Shown here piece by piece: positions 1 through 12,439 of a DNA stretch of 64,000 nt. Position numbers and translations under genes: made by a program. The number at the start of each line of letters is the position of its first letter. The first letter of the stretch is position 1. The stretch covers positions 3,930,175 to 3,994,174 of the forward strand of contig NC_134032.1 of assembly GCF_964204645.1 (NCBI RefSeq). The letters are read 5' to 3'. The notes under the pieces were generated by a model. That model did not search any database. It was not told where the DNA came from and worked only from the letters and a program-made list of their open reading frames with translations. Origin of the DNA: Tubulanus polymorphus (Eukaryota > Animalia > Nemertea).

Positions 1-326
1 TCAAGTGTGAGTCCAGCATACGGAAAGGAGTGTGTTATATACTTTTGTATTTAGTAAATACCTTGTGCATTTGACAATGATCGGTATGTAATGTAGGGAA
101 TATAGAGTATTGATGGTATTGATATAGAGGTTGAAGCCCGCGGCCGAATAAAGTAATATATTCTTTTATTTTGATACCTCGGCTTTTCTCCGCTATATCT
201 CTTCGGCGTGTTTCGTTTAGGCCCACGACTCCCCTGTACACCTAGGATTTATCTTAGTAAATACACGGTTAATTTGGTATGGAAAAAATAGGTATTGCTT
301 AACTAACTGCCGAAACCTGAAAACCT

Positions 327-710
327 GAAAATTTCGAAATTGTTTGGAATAATTTATACGGGGCATTTCTTATAGATGATTGTGGTGAATTTAAATTTAA
401 AGTTGGTCAAAATGTTAGAATTTCTAAGTATAAAAAGATATTTCATAAAGGATACAATCGTAATTTTACTAGAGAAATATATAAAATATAAAAGTAATAA
501 CAACAAAACCGTATGTCTATAAGTTAGAAGATTTAGATGGTGAAGAAGTTGATGGGAATTTTTGTGAAGAAGAATTAATTTTAACTACTGAAAATCTAGA
601 ACAAGAATATAAAATTGAAAAAGTACTAAAAACAAAAACTGTTAAAAGAAAAAAATATGGGGTTGGACGGCCAGATGAATTTAATGATTGGATATTATCG
701 AGTAATAAAA
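327..710 (+). pseudogene. Polinton integrase C-terminal fragment (SH3-like and chromodomain region), frameshifted
   Basis: Manual translation ENFEIVWNNLYGAF..KFKVGQNVRISKYKKIFHKGYNRNFTREI../KPYVYKLEDLDGEEVDGNFCEEEL..EYKIEKVLKTK..DEFNDWILSS aligns colinearly with ORF 55585..56136. Confidence 0.85.
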
Positions 711-711
711 A

Positions 712-1002
712 TTCGAATTTCGAGATCCAAATTCGACTTAATAAATCAAATTTCCACATAATAAGTCAAATTTCCACATAGTTAGTCGGAATTCGACTAA
801 CGTAACAAATCAAATTTCTACATTAAGTCCAAATTCGACTCAATAAGTCAAATATCGACTTAATAAGTCGAATTTCGAAAGTCGATTTTTCACATAATAA
901 GTCGAATTTCCACATAATAAGTCGAATTTCCACATGATGAGTCGAGATAATCAGTCGAAATTGTGAAAATATTATCTCGTATGTCACCTAGGGGCTTCGG
1001 TA
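712..1002. repeat. Degenerate ~20-bp tandem repeats (AAGTCGAATTTCCACATAAT), probably the internal array and one end of a MITE
   Basis: Motif repeated about 10 times with variants; ends in GGGGCTTCGGTA, resembling the end of a TAYGG-terminated element. Confidence 0.55.
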
Positions 1003-1529
1003 CGTATGCGCCGTTTCTCTATCGTGTAGAAACTTCTACAAACGCTACCAGTTAGTACGAATTCGGTGCTAGTATTTCACTTGACAGACCCTGCCTTCAC
1101 AAGCAAGAAATTACCTTACTCTTAGTTGGGTAGTTTCCTAATCATTTGTGTATTATCTGCGACATGAATGTCATTCCATATTGTTTCTAATTCACATGAA
1201 TCTTACATCGATTCCTGTACGTATTGGTTGATTAGGGTAACATGCCCAGTTTTATCTATAACCATATCTTATGGATTTATTCAATCAATTTTACTCGTCT
1301 AATCACAACAATAACTATAACTATATCTGATTATTTGTCATAGCCATATACGTTTATTTCATCATAGTCCAATAGATATCATTAGAATTATTTGATCTTA
1401 ATTCTATGGTAATTTTGGGGCCTTCTCATTTAAGTTAAATTATTTTACTCCCGAGGCCCAGAAAAACAGTTGATTCGATGTCAAATGAAATGTAGACATC
1501 AACCAACCGAGTAGACAAACTAGTAGCGC

Positions 1530-2957
1530 ACTCTGGCGGTGCCGGCAGGTCGCTGTAACGAATTTACTGTGTCTAATTTAGGCTGCTCGATCGACCGCTT
1601 CACGATGACGATGATGGGATTCATTTCGATATACTCGACGATGGAAATTGCGCTGGATCGCTGCTTCGCGATCAAAACGGCATCTTAACCGGCACAACAC
1701 GACGACTATCCGGTTCTAAGCTATGGTGGCTGATTAGGGCCAAGTTAAAAAAAAATTTCCGTGCAATATAAACCATGCAAAAAATATATTGCTTCGTTTC
1801 TGCGTCCGTTTCTGCGTGGCGCAAAAACGAAATTCACCGCGCAGAAACGCGCCAAAACGAGCGCAGAAACGAAGTTCGTTTCTGCGCCCTTTTTGGCGCG
1901 TTTTAGCGCGGTAATTTCTCATTTTTGCGCCGCGCAAAAATGCACTTCGTTTCTGCGTCCGTTTTGGCTCGTTTTAGCGCGGTGATTTCTTGTTTTTGCG
2001 CAGCGCAAAAACGAACATCGTTTCTGCGTCCGTGCGCGGCGCAAAAACGAAATTTAACGCGCAGAAACGCGCTAAAACGAGCGCAGAAACGAACTTCGTT
2101 TTAGCGCCCGTTTCATCCTAAAACGTAGCCTATTTTAGAGCCCATCAAAACGTCAATTTATTACAACTATTTGTTTTTTTTGCATTTGAATTTGTTTACT
2201 TAAGTGAAGGCAGTGCTACTGGCTTTAGTAAAAAATCAGAAAATCACCGATAAAGGTAGTTTTATTGCGAATAAACGTAACTCTGAAAATTAAATTAATT
2301 AGAAAATAATTGGTATAATAATACAACGTTTTAAGGCCGTAATTAGTATCACGAGATGAACCCTGGCGCCACCATCCGACCAAAATTACCGCGCATGAAC
2401 GAAGAAACGCTATATTCGCTGTTTGGTCGGGCGCGTTTATCTGGGCTATGCCCCCGCTAGTGGGTATTTGTGGTTACTCTAACGAGGTTATACCCGTTTC
2501 CTGTTCGTACAACTTTCCAAACAAGAATAAATCGTGCGTCTCGTTTTTACTATCGGCCTTCATCGGCGGGTTCAACATTCCTCTCATAGCTATGTTATTC
2601 ACGTTCCTTAAAGTCTACAGCGCGGTCGTCGAGTATTGAGATGAAATTTACCACACCAACAGAGGACTTAATTCGAAAGGACGCAAGAAACGCCGTAAGA
2701 TGGCGCTCGCTACTAACCAAGCCTCGATGTTGTTGTTCTGCGCGGCGTGGACGCCCTACACGATCCACCCTGTAGTCGACGTGTTAAACTCGTCATCGAT
2801 TTCGTGGTTCTCGATTTTGCTTCCGATTGTGGCTAAGATATCCATCATACTGCATCCAGTCATGTTCGCGCTGCTCAACCACAAAGTTCGCGAACGCGTA
2901 CGTGCCATTTTCTGCACGATACGATGCCCCGTAAAAATTACAAATCGGCGGAATTAG
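1530..2957 (+). pseudogene. Opsin pseudogene (TM3-TM7), interrupted by a MITE and carrying in-frame stops
   Basis: GCSIDRFTMTMMGFISIYSTMEIALDRC (TM3); WAMPPLVGICGYSNEVIPVSC (TM4-EL2 opsin signature); AWTPY (TM6); VAKISIILHPVMF with Lys at the rhodopsin K296 position; TGA at 2637-2639 and TAA near 1686. Confidence 0.8.
1722..2376. mobile_element. Non-autonomous DNA transposon (IS3EU-like termini) with internal palindromic GCGCAGAAACG/CGTTTCTGCG repeats, inserted in the opsin
   Basis: Starts TATGGTGGCTGATTAGGGCCA, nearly identical to the terminus of the 40949-41162 MITE; ends GCCACCAT; no clean TSD. Confidence 0.65.
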
Positions 2958-3711
2958 AATTGTACGACGCGTTTGCAAGTCGATCGAATACCAGTCAATC
3001 AGATCCAACGACTGCGACGAAATCGATGTATCAATGTGCAGCCTTGCATTCCTTCACACTATCTTCTGTCCTGAACCCTTCAGTGCATCCCCTTTAAAAC
3101 ATTTTACAGTCCTGATCCGTCTTCGAGGGAATTTTCAACCCAGAGGTTCTGAACACATGTGAAGTATGGGCGATCAGCTATGGATAAATATGATAAATAC
3201 GTGAGCTGATAAAATGTCTAATGTCTGGTGTTTGTAGTTCATTTTCAATTAGAAATGTCTCAGGTGAAGTTCTGAACACATGTGAAGTTTGGATATTCAG
3301 TTTTTTGAAATTTGAAATTGTTCTGATAAAATGTCTTATATCTTGTGTTTCTAGTTCATTTTTCAATCATAGATTAGTCCTCAGGTGAAGCCCTGAATAT
3401 TTAGTGTGTGGGCGAGGGGTTCAGACAGCTAAACCTTTTCGGTGCCAAACTCACAGACCACTCTTTATGTAAACGGTTGATATTCTTTAGAATGCTGCGT
3501 GCAGTTAGTATTCCAGAAACCTCAGAAAAATTTGAAAGGAATAAATATGAAATTCGACTAAATTGAACGTACATATATTGGTTTAGAATGTTTTGTAATA
3601 TGATAAATGATTTCAGGCGTTATAGCGGCGAATCGAGAGTGTAATCAAATAAATTCCTCCAGAATAATTACATTTATCTATAGGGTAATTTTGAATGTCA
3701 ATGTAGTTTAA

Positions 3712-3985
3712 GACGATGTTATGTATTGAAAAACGATGTTTTCTGTCAGGTTGGATGTAATTCAAGACGATGTTTTCTGCCAGGTTTGATGTAATTCAAG
3801 ACGATGTTTTCCGTCAGATTTGATGGAATTCAAAACGATGTTTTGTGTCAAGTTTGATGTAATTCCAAACGATGTTTTCTGTCAGGTTTGATGCAATTCA
3901 AGACGATGTTTTCTGCCAGGTTTGATGTAATTCAAGACGATGTTTTCCGTCAGATTTGATGTAATTCAAAACGATGTTTTCTGAT
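3712..3985 (+). repeat. 34-bp minisatellite, about 8 copies (GACGATGTTTTCTGCCAGGTTTGATGTAATTCAA)
   Basis: Directly visible, period 34. Confidence 0.9.
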
Positions 3986-4103
3986 GTAAGTGAGACGCAG
4001 TTCTTGAGTCGTAATTATTTTGTAAATGCGATGTGGCCGTTATTAGACCTCTGCGACACAACTGCCGGTGACGTAAATGATATATACACACGACGTGAAT
4101 ATT

Positions 4104-6356
4104 TAGGGTTTGTGCTGCTTTCGCAGAAACCCTCTTGTATTCCTGTTGATTATTACTATTATTATAAATGGTCCACTTTTCAGCCAAAAGTTTTTCATAA
4201 AATGTAACTCCTCTCAGATTCGACTACCAACAGCTTATAAACGTAATTTTAAATTCTGTCAGAAATATAACTCAGCGCCTGACCATTTCGAATTTGCGTA
4301 TAAAAATCTATTATGAATTAATCCTGCATAATTACCGGGTCTAAACAGCGACAAGAATAACGCAAAGAATCGTCATCCATTGATAAAAGTGCACCCCGAA
4401 AAGCCTAAAATTTACCGCACGACCTTGAGCTTCAAAGTCAACCGTTAAATCACGGAATCGGACTTACAATTAGTCCGGATCCGTCATTTCCCACGAACGA
4501 TAACTACAGCCGGTGCGTAATAAGTGTCTTATGAATGAAATATGGCGGATGGTTGAAATCATTTTCGGCTTAAATTTATCGCGAGTTTTAGGAATTTAAT
4601 GAATTTCACGAAACCATGATCCTTAAAATGAGTCAATTGGTTAATTCTATTCGTAAATTATTTACGTTGGCTACATTTCCTGAAGATTTCTGGCTCGATT
4701 GAACGTAATATGGACAGAAATGGTAGGAATTTTCATACATAAATTTACTTCCGCGTTCAGTAGACGACTCAAATCGATGACAACGACAGCAGTTTTTACG
4801 TAATTTAAGGTGAGAATCCGTTACCCAGGGAATGTTTTACATGATTTCTTTACAATATTAGTACATATGGTGGCAAATGAGTACTCGGTGAAGCAATGAT
4901 CATTGTTGGCTAGCTACTTGAGCTAGCTTTTTTGGGGGATATACCTAGAATAGACCCTAAATGTAGTGAATAGAGACAGTGGAAAGCCTAAGTTGTTAGT
5001 AAGGGGCTGGTTTACACTTATGTGTACGACTATTTATTTCGATTACTTTCTTTCCAGCTATCATTCGTGGAATGAACTGGTCACTACGGTCTTCAATTCC
5101 TTTTGCCGATTCCTGCAGCTGGTGGAAATAAATTTAAATCACAGTGTGCAAGTGTATGTTCCGAATCAGGCTTTTTCGTCATTGTCGTAACTTAAGCGCA
5201 ACTGTCTCAGATGCTGTAAGTACTTGACGTTTTATGTAATTGTTATTTTTTGTTTGTTGCCATGTTTGTTTATTTGGATAAGTAATCAGTTATTATACTT
5301 TCTTTCACTCCTCTATGATATTATATAACCGAGTAATTATTACATTTCATTGCTTAATTGCAGGTGGAAAGAGGTCAGATGGCATGAAAATCGACTGTGG
5401 CTGACTAATTGGTGCGATTAGATCAGGCGTTGGTGTTTCAAAAGGTGTAGCCAAAAAGCTTGTATCATCAGGGAGTAGACAAATATCCGAAGATAAATGA
5501 AAACTTAGCCTCGTTGATCATCAGTTGATTTTGCTGTATTTTTTTCGCCTGGATAAATCAACTAGTCATTCAGTTCAAAATCTGTGTTCAGTAGTATTTC
5601 TTTCAATAAAATGAAAATTTAATTGACTTATTTTTATGTATTCAATATTGAAATTGAATGGATCTTAAAACCAGAGAAAGCATTCTTCAGAAATTTAGAA
5701 AATCCTAGACTCATAATCAAATTCTGTGAAGTCAGTTAAGGTCTTTTGCTCGAGTCAAACCGAGGGCTCAGATGGCTAGAATTCAATTCCTCAATGTCCT
5801 ATAATGCAGAGTATGATAAAGTTTACACACTGAAAAACGTTGGGCTGTGTAAGTGTAATTTGGATAAGTTAGCAATATAATGACCGTCCTGGCCCGCTGC
5901 ATCTGATACATGAACAAGTTAGACTGTGTTGCTTCGTTGCTTTGACAAACGGACTCCTAAGCAAGATGACCTGCCAAATCAAATGTAAATTAAGAAAGAA
6001 AACAACACAATTGATCAATCAATGCCTTGCGTCTTCAAAAAAATTTTCCCGGAAATATTTCTTTTTCTGGCCACCACCTGCCTCGACACGCGACGTTTAA
6101 GTTGATACAACTGCCACCGGGGGACCATATCTTCGGTATCCTCAAAGCCATTTTGATTAGACTTGGTACATCAGTACTTTTTACATGGTAGCCCTTTTGG
6201 ATCCAGCATATTGTTGACACAGGTTGCGCTTCTTGGAAATAGTCCTATAAAATGGACGAATTTGAATAATTTCGATGAAATCTTTTTTACGCTTCCCATT
6301 GCAACATATGAAACCAGTTAGGCAGAAACCCGTTGTCGCTGCAATGCATCTATATT
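4104..6356 (+). mobile_element. Helentron-associated non-autonomous element (HINE), family A copy 1, ~2.25 kb
   Basis: 5' AGGGTTTGTGC..GCAGAAACCCT palindrome then ATT microsatellite; 3' GCAGAAACCC plus GCTGC..GCATC stem-loop and TATATT; colinear full-length copy at 15324-17560. Confidence 0.8.
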
Positions 6357-6860
6357 TAGGGTTTTCTGACTTTCGTCGAAAACCCTCTTGAAATTCTGTT
6401 GATTATTATAATTATATATTTTCCGCCGATTTCGTCAAATAAAATTCATCTTCATTCAGATTCGGCAACTGACAGCTTCGAAACGAAATGTTTAAATTGA
6501 TACTGTAATAACGGTCTCTCTGAACCAACAGATTGTCTGAATGTACTTTCCATCCTATTTGAAACTTAAAATTACTTATTAGGTTACTGTAAATAAAGAA
6601 TTGAATTGAATTGTTAGACAACAAGCACCGGCGAAATAACCGTTTGTGACGTCATTTAGTAAGTAGATAAAGGAGGGCTCCGAGAATTTCCAAATCACGG
6701 GGGACTAAACTGGGGTTAGACCATTCAACCAAAAAGAGGATTGCTCCGATAATATCCAAATCATCTCATTTTATTTTTTCCATCGAATACCCGGTAATTA
6801 ATTTTTCCTTCCGATCACATGCATCCAGAAAACCCGTTATCGCTGCTTTGCAGCTATATT
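6357..6860 (+). mobile_element. Short HINE (family B), head-to-tail with family A
   Basis: 5' AGGGTTTTCTGAC..GTCGAAAACCCT; 3' CAGAAAACCCGTTATCGCTGCTTTGCAGCTATATT. Confidence 0.75.
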
Positions 6861-8260
6861 TATTATTATTATTATAAATGGTCCACTTTCCAGCCAAAAT
6901 TTTCATAAAATGTATCTCCTCTCAGATTCGACTACCAACAGCTTATAAACGTAATTTTAAATTCTGTCAGAAATATAACTCAGCGCCTGACCATTTCGAA
7001 TTTGCGTGTAGTAATCTTTTATGAATTAATCCCGTGTAATTACCGGGTCTAAATAGCGACAAGAATAACGCAAAGCATTGTCATCCATTGACAAAAGTAC
7101 ATCCCGAAAAGCCTACAAATTACCGGACGACCTCGAGCGTCAAACTCAACCGCGAATTCAGACTTGCAATTAGTCCGGATCCGTTATTTACTGCGGACAA
7201 TATGCAGCCAACTTGGCGGATGGGTGAAATCGTTTTCAGCTTAAATTTATCGCAAATTTATGGCGAGTTTTAGGACATTAATGAACTATGATCCCGAAAA
7301 TGAGTCAATTGATAAATTCTATTAGTAAATCAATTTACGTTGGCTACATTTCCTGAAGATTTCTGGCTCAAGTCAACGTAATATGGACAGGAATGGTAGG
7401 GATTTTGCTATGGAATTTTACTTCGCGTTTACTTGACGACTCGGATCGATGACAACGACAGCAGAGTTTATGCAATTTAAGGTGAGAATCCACTAACCAG
7501 GGAATGTTAGACATGATTTCTTGGTCTAACTGCAGTTAAGGTTACCTCTCCAGTGGGTGGTGCTATGATATGAGTACATATGGTAGCAAATGAGTACTCG
7601 GCAAAGCAATGATCATTGTTGGCTACCTACTAACCTAATGCCTAGCTTAATTAATAATTCACGAACATCAAGAGTCCTACGATATACCCTTGATATGAAG
7701 CTTTTAAAAGTTCATCAGAGACTTGTTTTCGAGTAAACCGAATAGCCCTTGAAATACCAATTCCACATGGCTTAACGGTCGGTGTCTATGCTCTGCGAGA
7801 CAGTAGTTATAGATGTTTCATGACAAACGCACGATTTAAATATTTATTATACTTTCTTTCACGCCTCTATTATATTACATAACTGAGTAATTCTTAGGCT
7901 AAAAAAATTGATACCTTGTTTCTCCGTTCTGCTGAGCTTAAATGTTGACCCGGCCCGCCGCCTATCTACCCTATACATTACTTTTTTTAAAATCGTGATC
8001 AATTTTACCATAACAGACCCGGCCGCTATAGAAATGAACTGTTTACAAATTTTATCATATTTTACAAAAATGACCCGGCCGCTGCGGAGAAACAAGGTAT
8101 CATTTTTGTTTAGCCTTACATTAGATTGCTTAATTACAGGTGGAAAGAGGTCAGATGGCATGAAAATTGACTGTGGCTGACTAATTGACGCGCGCAGATA
8201 AAGCGTTTAGGTTTCAAAAGATGTCGCCAAAATGCTTGTATCATCAGGGGTAGACAAATT
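6861..8260 (+). mobile_element. Partial third copy of HINE family A
   Basis: Colinear with about 4150-5475, with internal deletions and a MITE insertion. Confidence 0.8.
7897..8115. mobile_element. PIF/Harbinger-type MITE
   Basis: ~30-bp TIR GGCTAAAAAAATTGATACCTTGTTTCTCC; TTA TSD at 7894-7896 and 8116-8118; empty site present in the other two HINE copies. Confidence 0.85.
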
Positions 8261-8264
8261 ATAG

Positions 8265-8680
8265 GACACATTAACATTGCCATGACTGTCAGGTCTCGTT
8301 TAGCGATAATAATTTCAAAATTTTAGATAAAGGATCTTCTGATTTAGATTGCTAAATAAGAGAACCACTTTTTAGCAAAACTCAACAGCCCTCCCTTTAT
8401 CAACAACTATTCGAACACGGGTCAGGATTCATCCTCAATGTTTTTAGATAATTAGCTACTAGTCAAATATCTTCACTCAGTAATTTAGATTGTGTGTAAT
8501 TATTATCTTTGTATAGTAATTATGTTGTCACTCAGTAATTTGAAATCATTTGTAATTAGCTTCGTCTTATTCTATATAAATACCAGTATGATATGTAAAT
8601 TTAATCCCTTGCGCTATGCCTGAAGAGGGCTTAATGTAACTCCCGAAAACGTTCCCTTAATAAATATATATTACTTATTA
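8265..8680 (+). mobile_element. Penelope-like retroelement 3' remnant (GIY-YIG endonuclease C-terminus plus terminal region)
   Basis: CHDCQVSFSDNNFKILDKGSSDLDC*IREPLFSKTQQPSLYQQ..LNVF fits the PLE F.IL...E.L.I....P.LN motif; followed by a hammerhead core and AATAAA. Confidence 0.65.
8615..8659 (+). ncRNA. Degenerate minimal type I hammerhead ribozyme
   Basis: CTGAAGA (8620-8626), GGG..CCC stem II, GAAA, palindromic stem III AACGTT, then TC; stem I is imperfect. Confidence 0.55.
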
Positions 8681-8689
8681 GAAAATGAG

Positions 8690-9000
8690 ATTTGTACTGT
8701 TTTTGCTTCTATGGATCTTTGAATATATTTTTACTTGAATTTTGTTGGTGTTTTCTTTTATTCAAGATGTCTTTTAAAATTCATTTTTACTATAAATTCT
8801 TTACAAACATCGCATGTAATTTCATCTATTTTCATATTTTCTAATTGTCCTTTTCTTTCATTGGAATTTTCTGGTGTCTCAAAATCAATAACATTTTTTC
8901 TATATTTTACAGTTTTTTTTTTTTTCATTCCGAGATTTGTGTGATTTATCGATCTATTTTTTACAATATGGGCAATAAAATTCATTTTTATTAACATCAA
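8690..9000 (-). pseudogene. Polinton PolB N-terminal zinc-finger relic
   Basis: FYCPYCKK*IDKSHKSR and CDVCKEFIVKMNFKRHLE resemble YCPICKINIDKSQKARH of 43095..43310. Confidence 0.6.
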
Positions 9001-9089
9001 CTTTCTCTGTTTGGAACTCTCTCTCTCCCATTTATGAGGAAGAAAAATCAATGAGTGGTGATGAGTGATGTGACACCTTCTCGCCCTTT

Positions 9090-10105
9090 GATCTGAAACT
9101 CTGATTTTGCAATTACTGATGATAACTAAATGCTTGCCCGACGAATTCAAACTGTTCTGTACCGCCATCAATCAAAGAGAAAAGACCGTGTCTTTGGCTG
9201 AATTCAAAGTCGCATTGCATGATTATGAAGAGACCAATAAGTCAATCGGACAATTTTGAAGAGAATCGTGTTTTGAGAGTTAACTCGACACATCTTCCAT
9301 CTCGTGGTCGCGTAAGACCTGGAAATAGCCAATCGGTGTGGGTCCTGCTAAAGTACAAAACTACGAAATATGAAACGAAATTACGAAATATGGAGCGAAA
9401 TTACGAAATGGAAATTTTTTTGCCAGTAGTGCTAAAATACGAACCGAAATACGAAACGAAATGGTCACATTTCAAACACACACCCTCAACTTTTAAGCTC
9501 CTCAGCAGAGGAGAAACGAGGTATCAATTTTTTAGCCTAAACACTGCAGGATATATTCTAAGGCACACTTCGTTCTCTAACCCGTAATTTATTAATCGCT
9601 ACCTTCCAGTTGTATATGAGCATGCGCAGATAATTCTCCCTGATGGCATCGCTAAACTCAGTCGCGGCACGGAACCCTGCCACACTAGACCGGGTGCGCA
9701 TGTTTAAGCCAGCTCCACGAATCCGCTGCTATAGCGCAAAAAATTACAAAATTTTCGTTTATATTAATTATATACATTTATAATAAAAATATTACATTTT
9801 ATACTTTAGCAGGACCCGCGAAAAATTGACCACTTCGTTTCGTAGTTTAGCATTTCGTATAGTATTTCGTTTCGTACTTAATTTCTTAATTTCGTTTTGC
9901 ATTTCGTAATTTCGTTTCATATTTCGTAATTTCGTTGCATATTTCTTAATTTCCTAGTTTCGTACTTTAGAAGTACCCAATCGGTGTTGTGTTTCCGATA
10001 CAATTATCCAGGACACGACATGGCCAAAAGCAGAGAAAATTCGCGAAGTGAGAAATGCGTTGGCGTGAAAACCGTAAATGTAGAACGCATGACACACTGC
10101 CATAA
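9090..10105 (+). pseudogene. Ty1/Copia gag remnant split by a MITE
   Basis: CLPDEFKLFCTAINQREKTVSLAEFKVALHDYEE before the insertion; decayed zinc knuckles CFRYNYPGH and RW..RKCRTHDT after it. Confidence 0.6.
9340..9978. mobile_element. Mutator-like foldback MITE with internally repetitive long TIRs
   Basis: Perfect 9-bp TSD AATCGGTGT (9331-9339, 9979-9987); TIR GGGT(C/A)CT(G/T)CTAAAGTAC followed by ACGAAAT repeats; contains a Harbinger-MITE end at about 9505-9540. Confidence 0.85.
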
Positions 10106-10718
10106 AATTCGTGATTAAGTGAAACTCGTAGATGCGTCTCGAGGCATAACGATTTAACTACTGTTTAAGAAATTATACTTTATTCATCATTGATAGAATT
10201 CTAATCATTAAATCCGTGATACTTGGATAAGGTTTGAAACACATCTAGCGAGCAATCAAATATTGCTAATAACAGCTTTGGTATTTCGTTTACACCGAGG
10301 AGAAAATTATCTAATTGTCTATGAATCGAAATTTTAGACTTTTGCGAAACTGTCGACGGTTGAAGAATTATTCTTAATTCATCATTGAATGGACGTTTAA
10401 CAGTTCAAAGGCGATGAACGAATGGAATTTTTTCGAAGTCGTCAGCATAATTGAATTGAATGTTCCGTATGATCAAAAAGATAGAATTGATACATTTTTA
10501 ATAATTGGATAAATTAGAAACGAGGAAAGAAAGATGGAGAGTTAATAGTCTGATTAAGTCGGATAAAGATTCCTTAATTAATTCAATTAATTGAATGGAA
10601 TACAGGGTACGGTACTGATGATCGATTTTTCTAAACGACCGTCCAGCTACCGGTTGAGCTCGATTGTCGGAGATGAACAGTTTTAAGATCTGATGTACAG
10701 CGATGTTTTTGTGGACGC

Positions 10719-11663
10719 TCAAGACAATCCCTTTTTGAAAATCAAATTTTTCAATTCTTTTCTGATTTCTCTGCCCGTCATCAGATACAAGTAGAGATTA
10801 AACGAATAATTTATCATCAAAATATCGGCGAGGGCGGCGAAAATGTCATTTGATCGTGGAATTATTCCGACAAATGGGCTTAATAAAGCAGTAGGGAATG
10901 TTGTTACCATGAAGAAAATGCACAGTAGCAGAACCAACACGGTTACCTGATTTGAGAATTTCGATGCTCGAGTTGTTTCTGATTTACCTTTTTTTCGGAA
11001 TAAAGCGATAGATGTTATTGCGGACATGATGGTTGACGAAATAAACGGGCCTATAGAGATGATGATAGACGACAGCAAAGGCCTGCTAAATATGGGCACA
11101 TTTTCAATACAGCCGTAGTCACTTACGTCAATAGTTACGAATATAGAACTATGAATTAGCGCTATGGGGCAGATTACGGAGAAGCAGAGTATAGAAGCGG
11201 TATTCGGGCTCCAGAAACGAGGACCTCTAAACGGAAAACAAACAACACACATTCGCTCGGTAGCTACGAGGACCAGTGTCCACGGACTGTTCGAAAGGCC
11301 AACCATTACAAAATACTCAAAAAACATACATTGAATTCGTGTTGACGGTTTGACCAATATTTTCCTCCCGTGAAATGTATAAGATATCACGTTGATGTAT
11401 CTCATCGAATGGTTGAGGAGAGCCAAAGTGTCGCAGACGGCTAGCTGAACGAACATACGACTGAAAGAACGTCGCCATAGCTTACGTTGCTGCATCACTA
11501 CTACGATCAGAAGATTACCAATGAATCCGAGAATAAAAAAAAGACTGACGATTGCGAGGAAAAACCAAAGATAAGTTCCGTTTATCGTAGTTGCAGCCAG
11601 TACCGTGATTGTGTAGGCGATAGTGGGATTTGTGCGGTTCGGGGGAACTGAAGTTGCAGCCAT
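10719..11663 (-). CDS. Intronless class A (rhodopsin-family) GPCR, peptide-receptor/chemoreceptor-like
   Basis: Seven hydrophobic segments; GN in TM1, LAVCD in TM2, TERM (DRY-like), FP in TM6, NYSFNLYLY in TM7; first ATG at 11663. Confidence 0.9.
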   Translation of the reverse strand: MAATSVPPNRTNPTIAYTITVLAATTINGTYLWFFLAIVSLFFILGFIGNLLIVVVMQQRKLWRRSFSRMFVQLAVCDTLALLNHSMRYINVISYTFHGRKILVKPSTRIQCMFFEYFVMVGLSNSPWTLVLVATERMCVVCFPFRGPRFWSPNTASILCFSVICPIALIHSSIFVTIDVSDYGCIENVPIFSRPLLSSIIISIGPFISSTIMSAITSIALFRKKGKSETTRASKFSNQVTVLVLLLCIFFMVTTFPTALLSPFVGIIPRSNDIFAALADILMINYSFNLYLYLMTGREIRKELKNLIFKKGLS

Positions 11664-12059
11664 TGCGTCGACCAATCAGACTATACTTTCAATTATAGCT
11701 AATTAATGAAACTATATTGAAAGCTATATATATTTCACAAATGTCCACGCCTTCGCCCATTCGTCAATTCAAATGACCTTAGATTCCATACTCAGTGTTG
11801 TATAAGAATCTATTATAGCAGTTTCTATGAGAAAAATTCACGATGACTTTCCTCAAAGTTCAAAATTAAAATAAAAACACTTTTGAAGATAACAATTTTG
11901 AATAGAATCATATAATATAATCTTGTTCAACTGTTAAACAGTTAGAATAAGAGTTAGATAAATCTGTGAGTAATTGTATTGACAAGAAAATTACTCCGTG
12001 GTGAAATATAGTGGACTCTGTTTGTCACAGCTATAAAACTCTTCACCGTGTTGGAGTCA

Positions 12060-12430
12060 AAACTGACTAAGAGTATTTTATCAAAAATTACGAGTTTTCG
12101 TTACTATTGTGTAGTAGCTTTATCAGGAAAATGAGTAGTTTAATTTATCCCATCAAGTTATTAGAAAGAGTTTTCGCTATCAATGTATAGTAAAATGAGT
12201 TAACAGGTACCATATATAATCATATAGTACTAGTCTATGTAATTCAACTGATTTTCTTAGAAATTACGAGTTTTCGCAACTAGTTTAAAGTAGCTTCATT
12301 AGGTAAATGAGTAAACAGGATGTGCTTTGTAGTTTAATTGATTTTAGCAAGAAATCACGAGTTATTGCTACTAGTGTATAGGATTCACGAGGAAAATGAG
12401 TAGACAGGTAGTACCGTGTAGGTTAACTCA
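12060..12430. repeat. Degenerate tandem repeat, unit about 90-100 bp
   Basis: Recurring AATTACGAGTTTTCG..CTAGT..GTAG..GGAAAATGAGTA blocks. Confidence 0.6.
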
Positions 12431-12439
12431 TTTTGGAGA

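Noticed and set aside
1734-1985. Overlapping Arg/Phe-rich ORFs on both strands
   Set aside because: Artifacts of palindromic repeats inside a MITE
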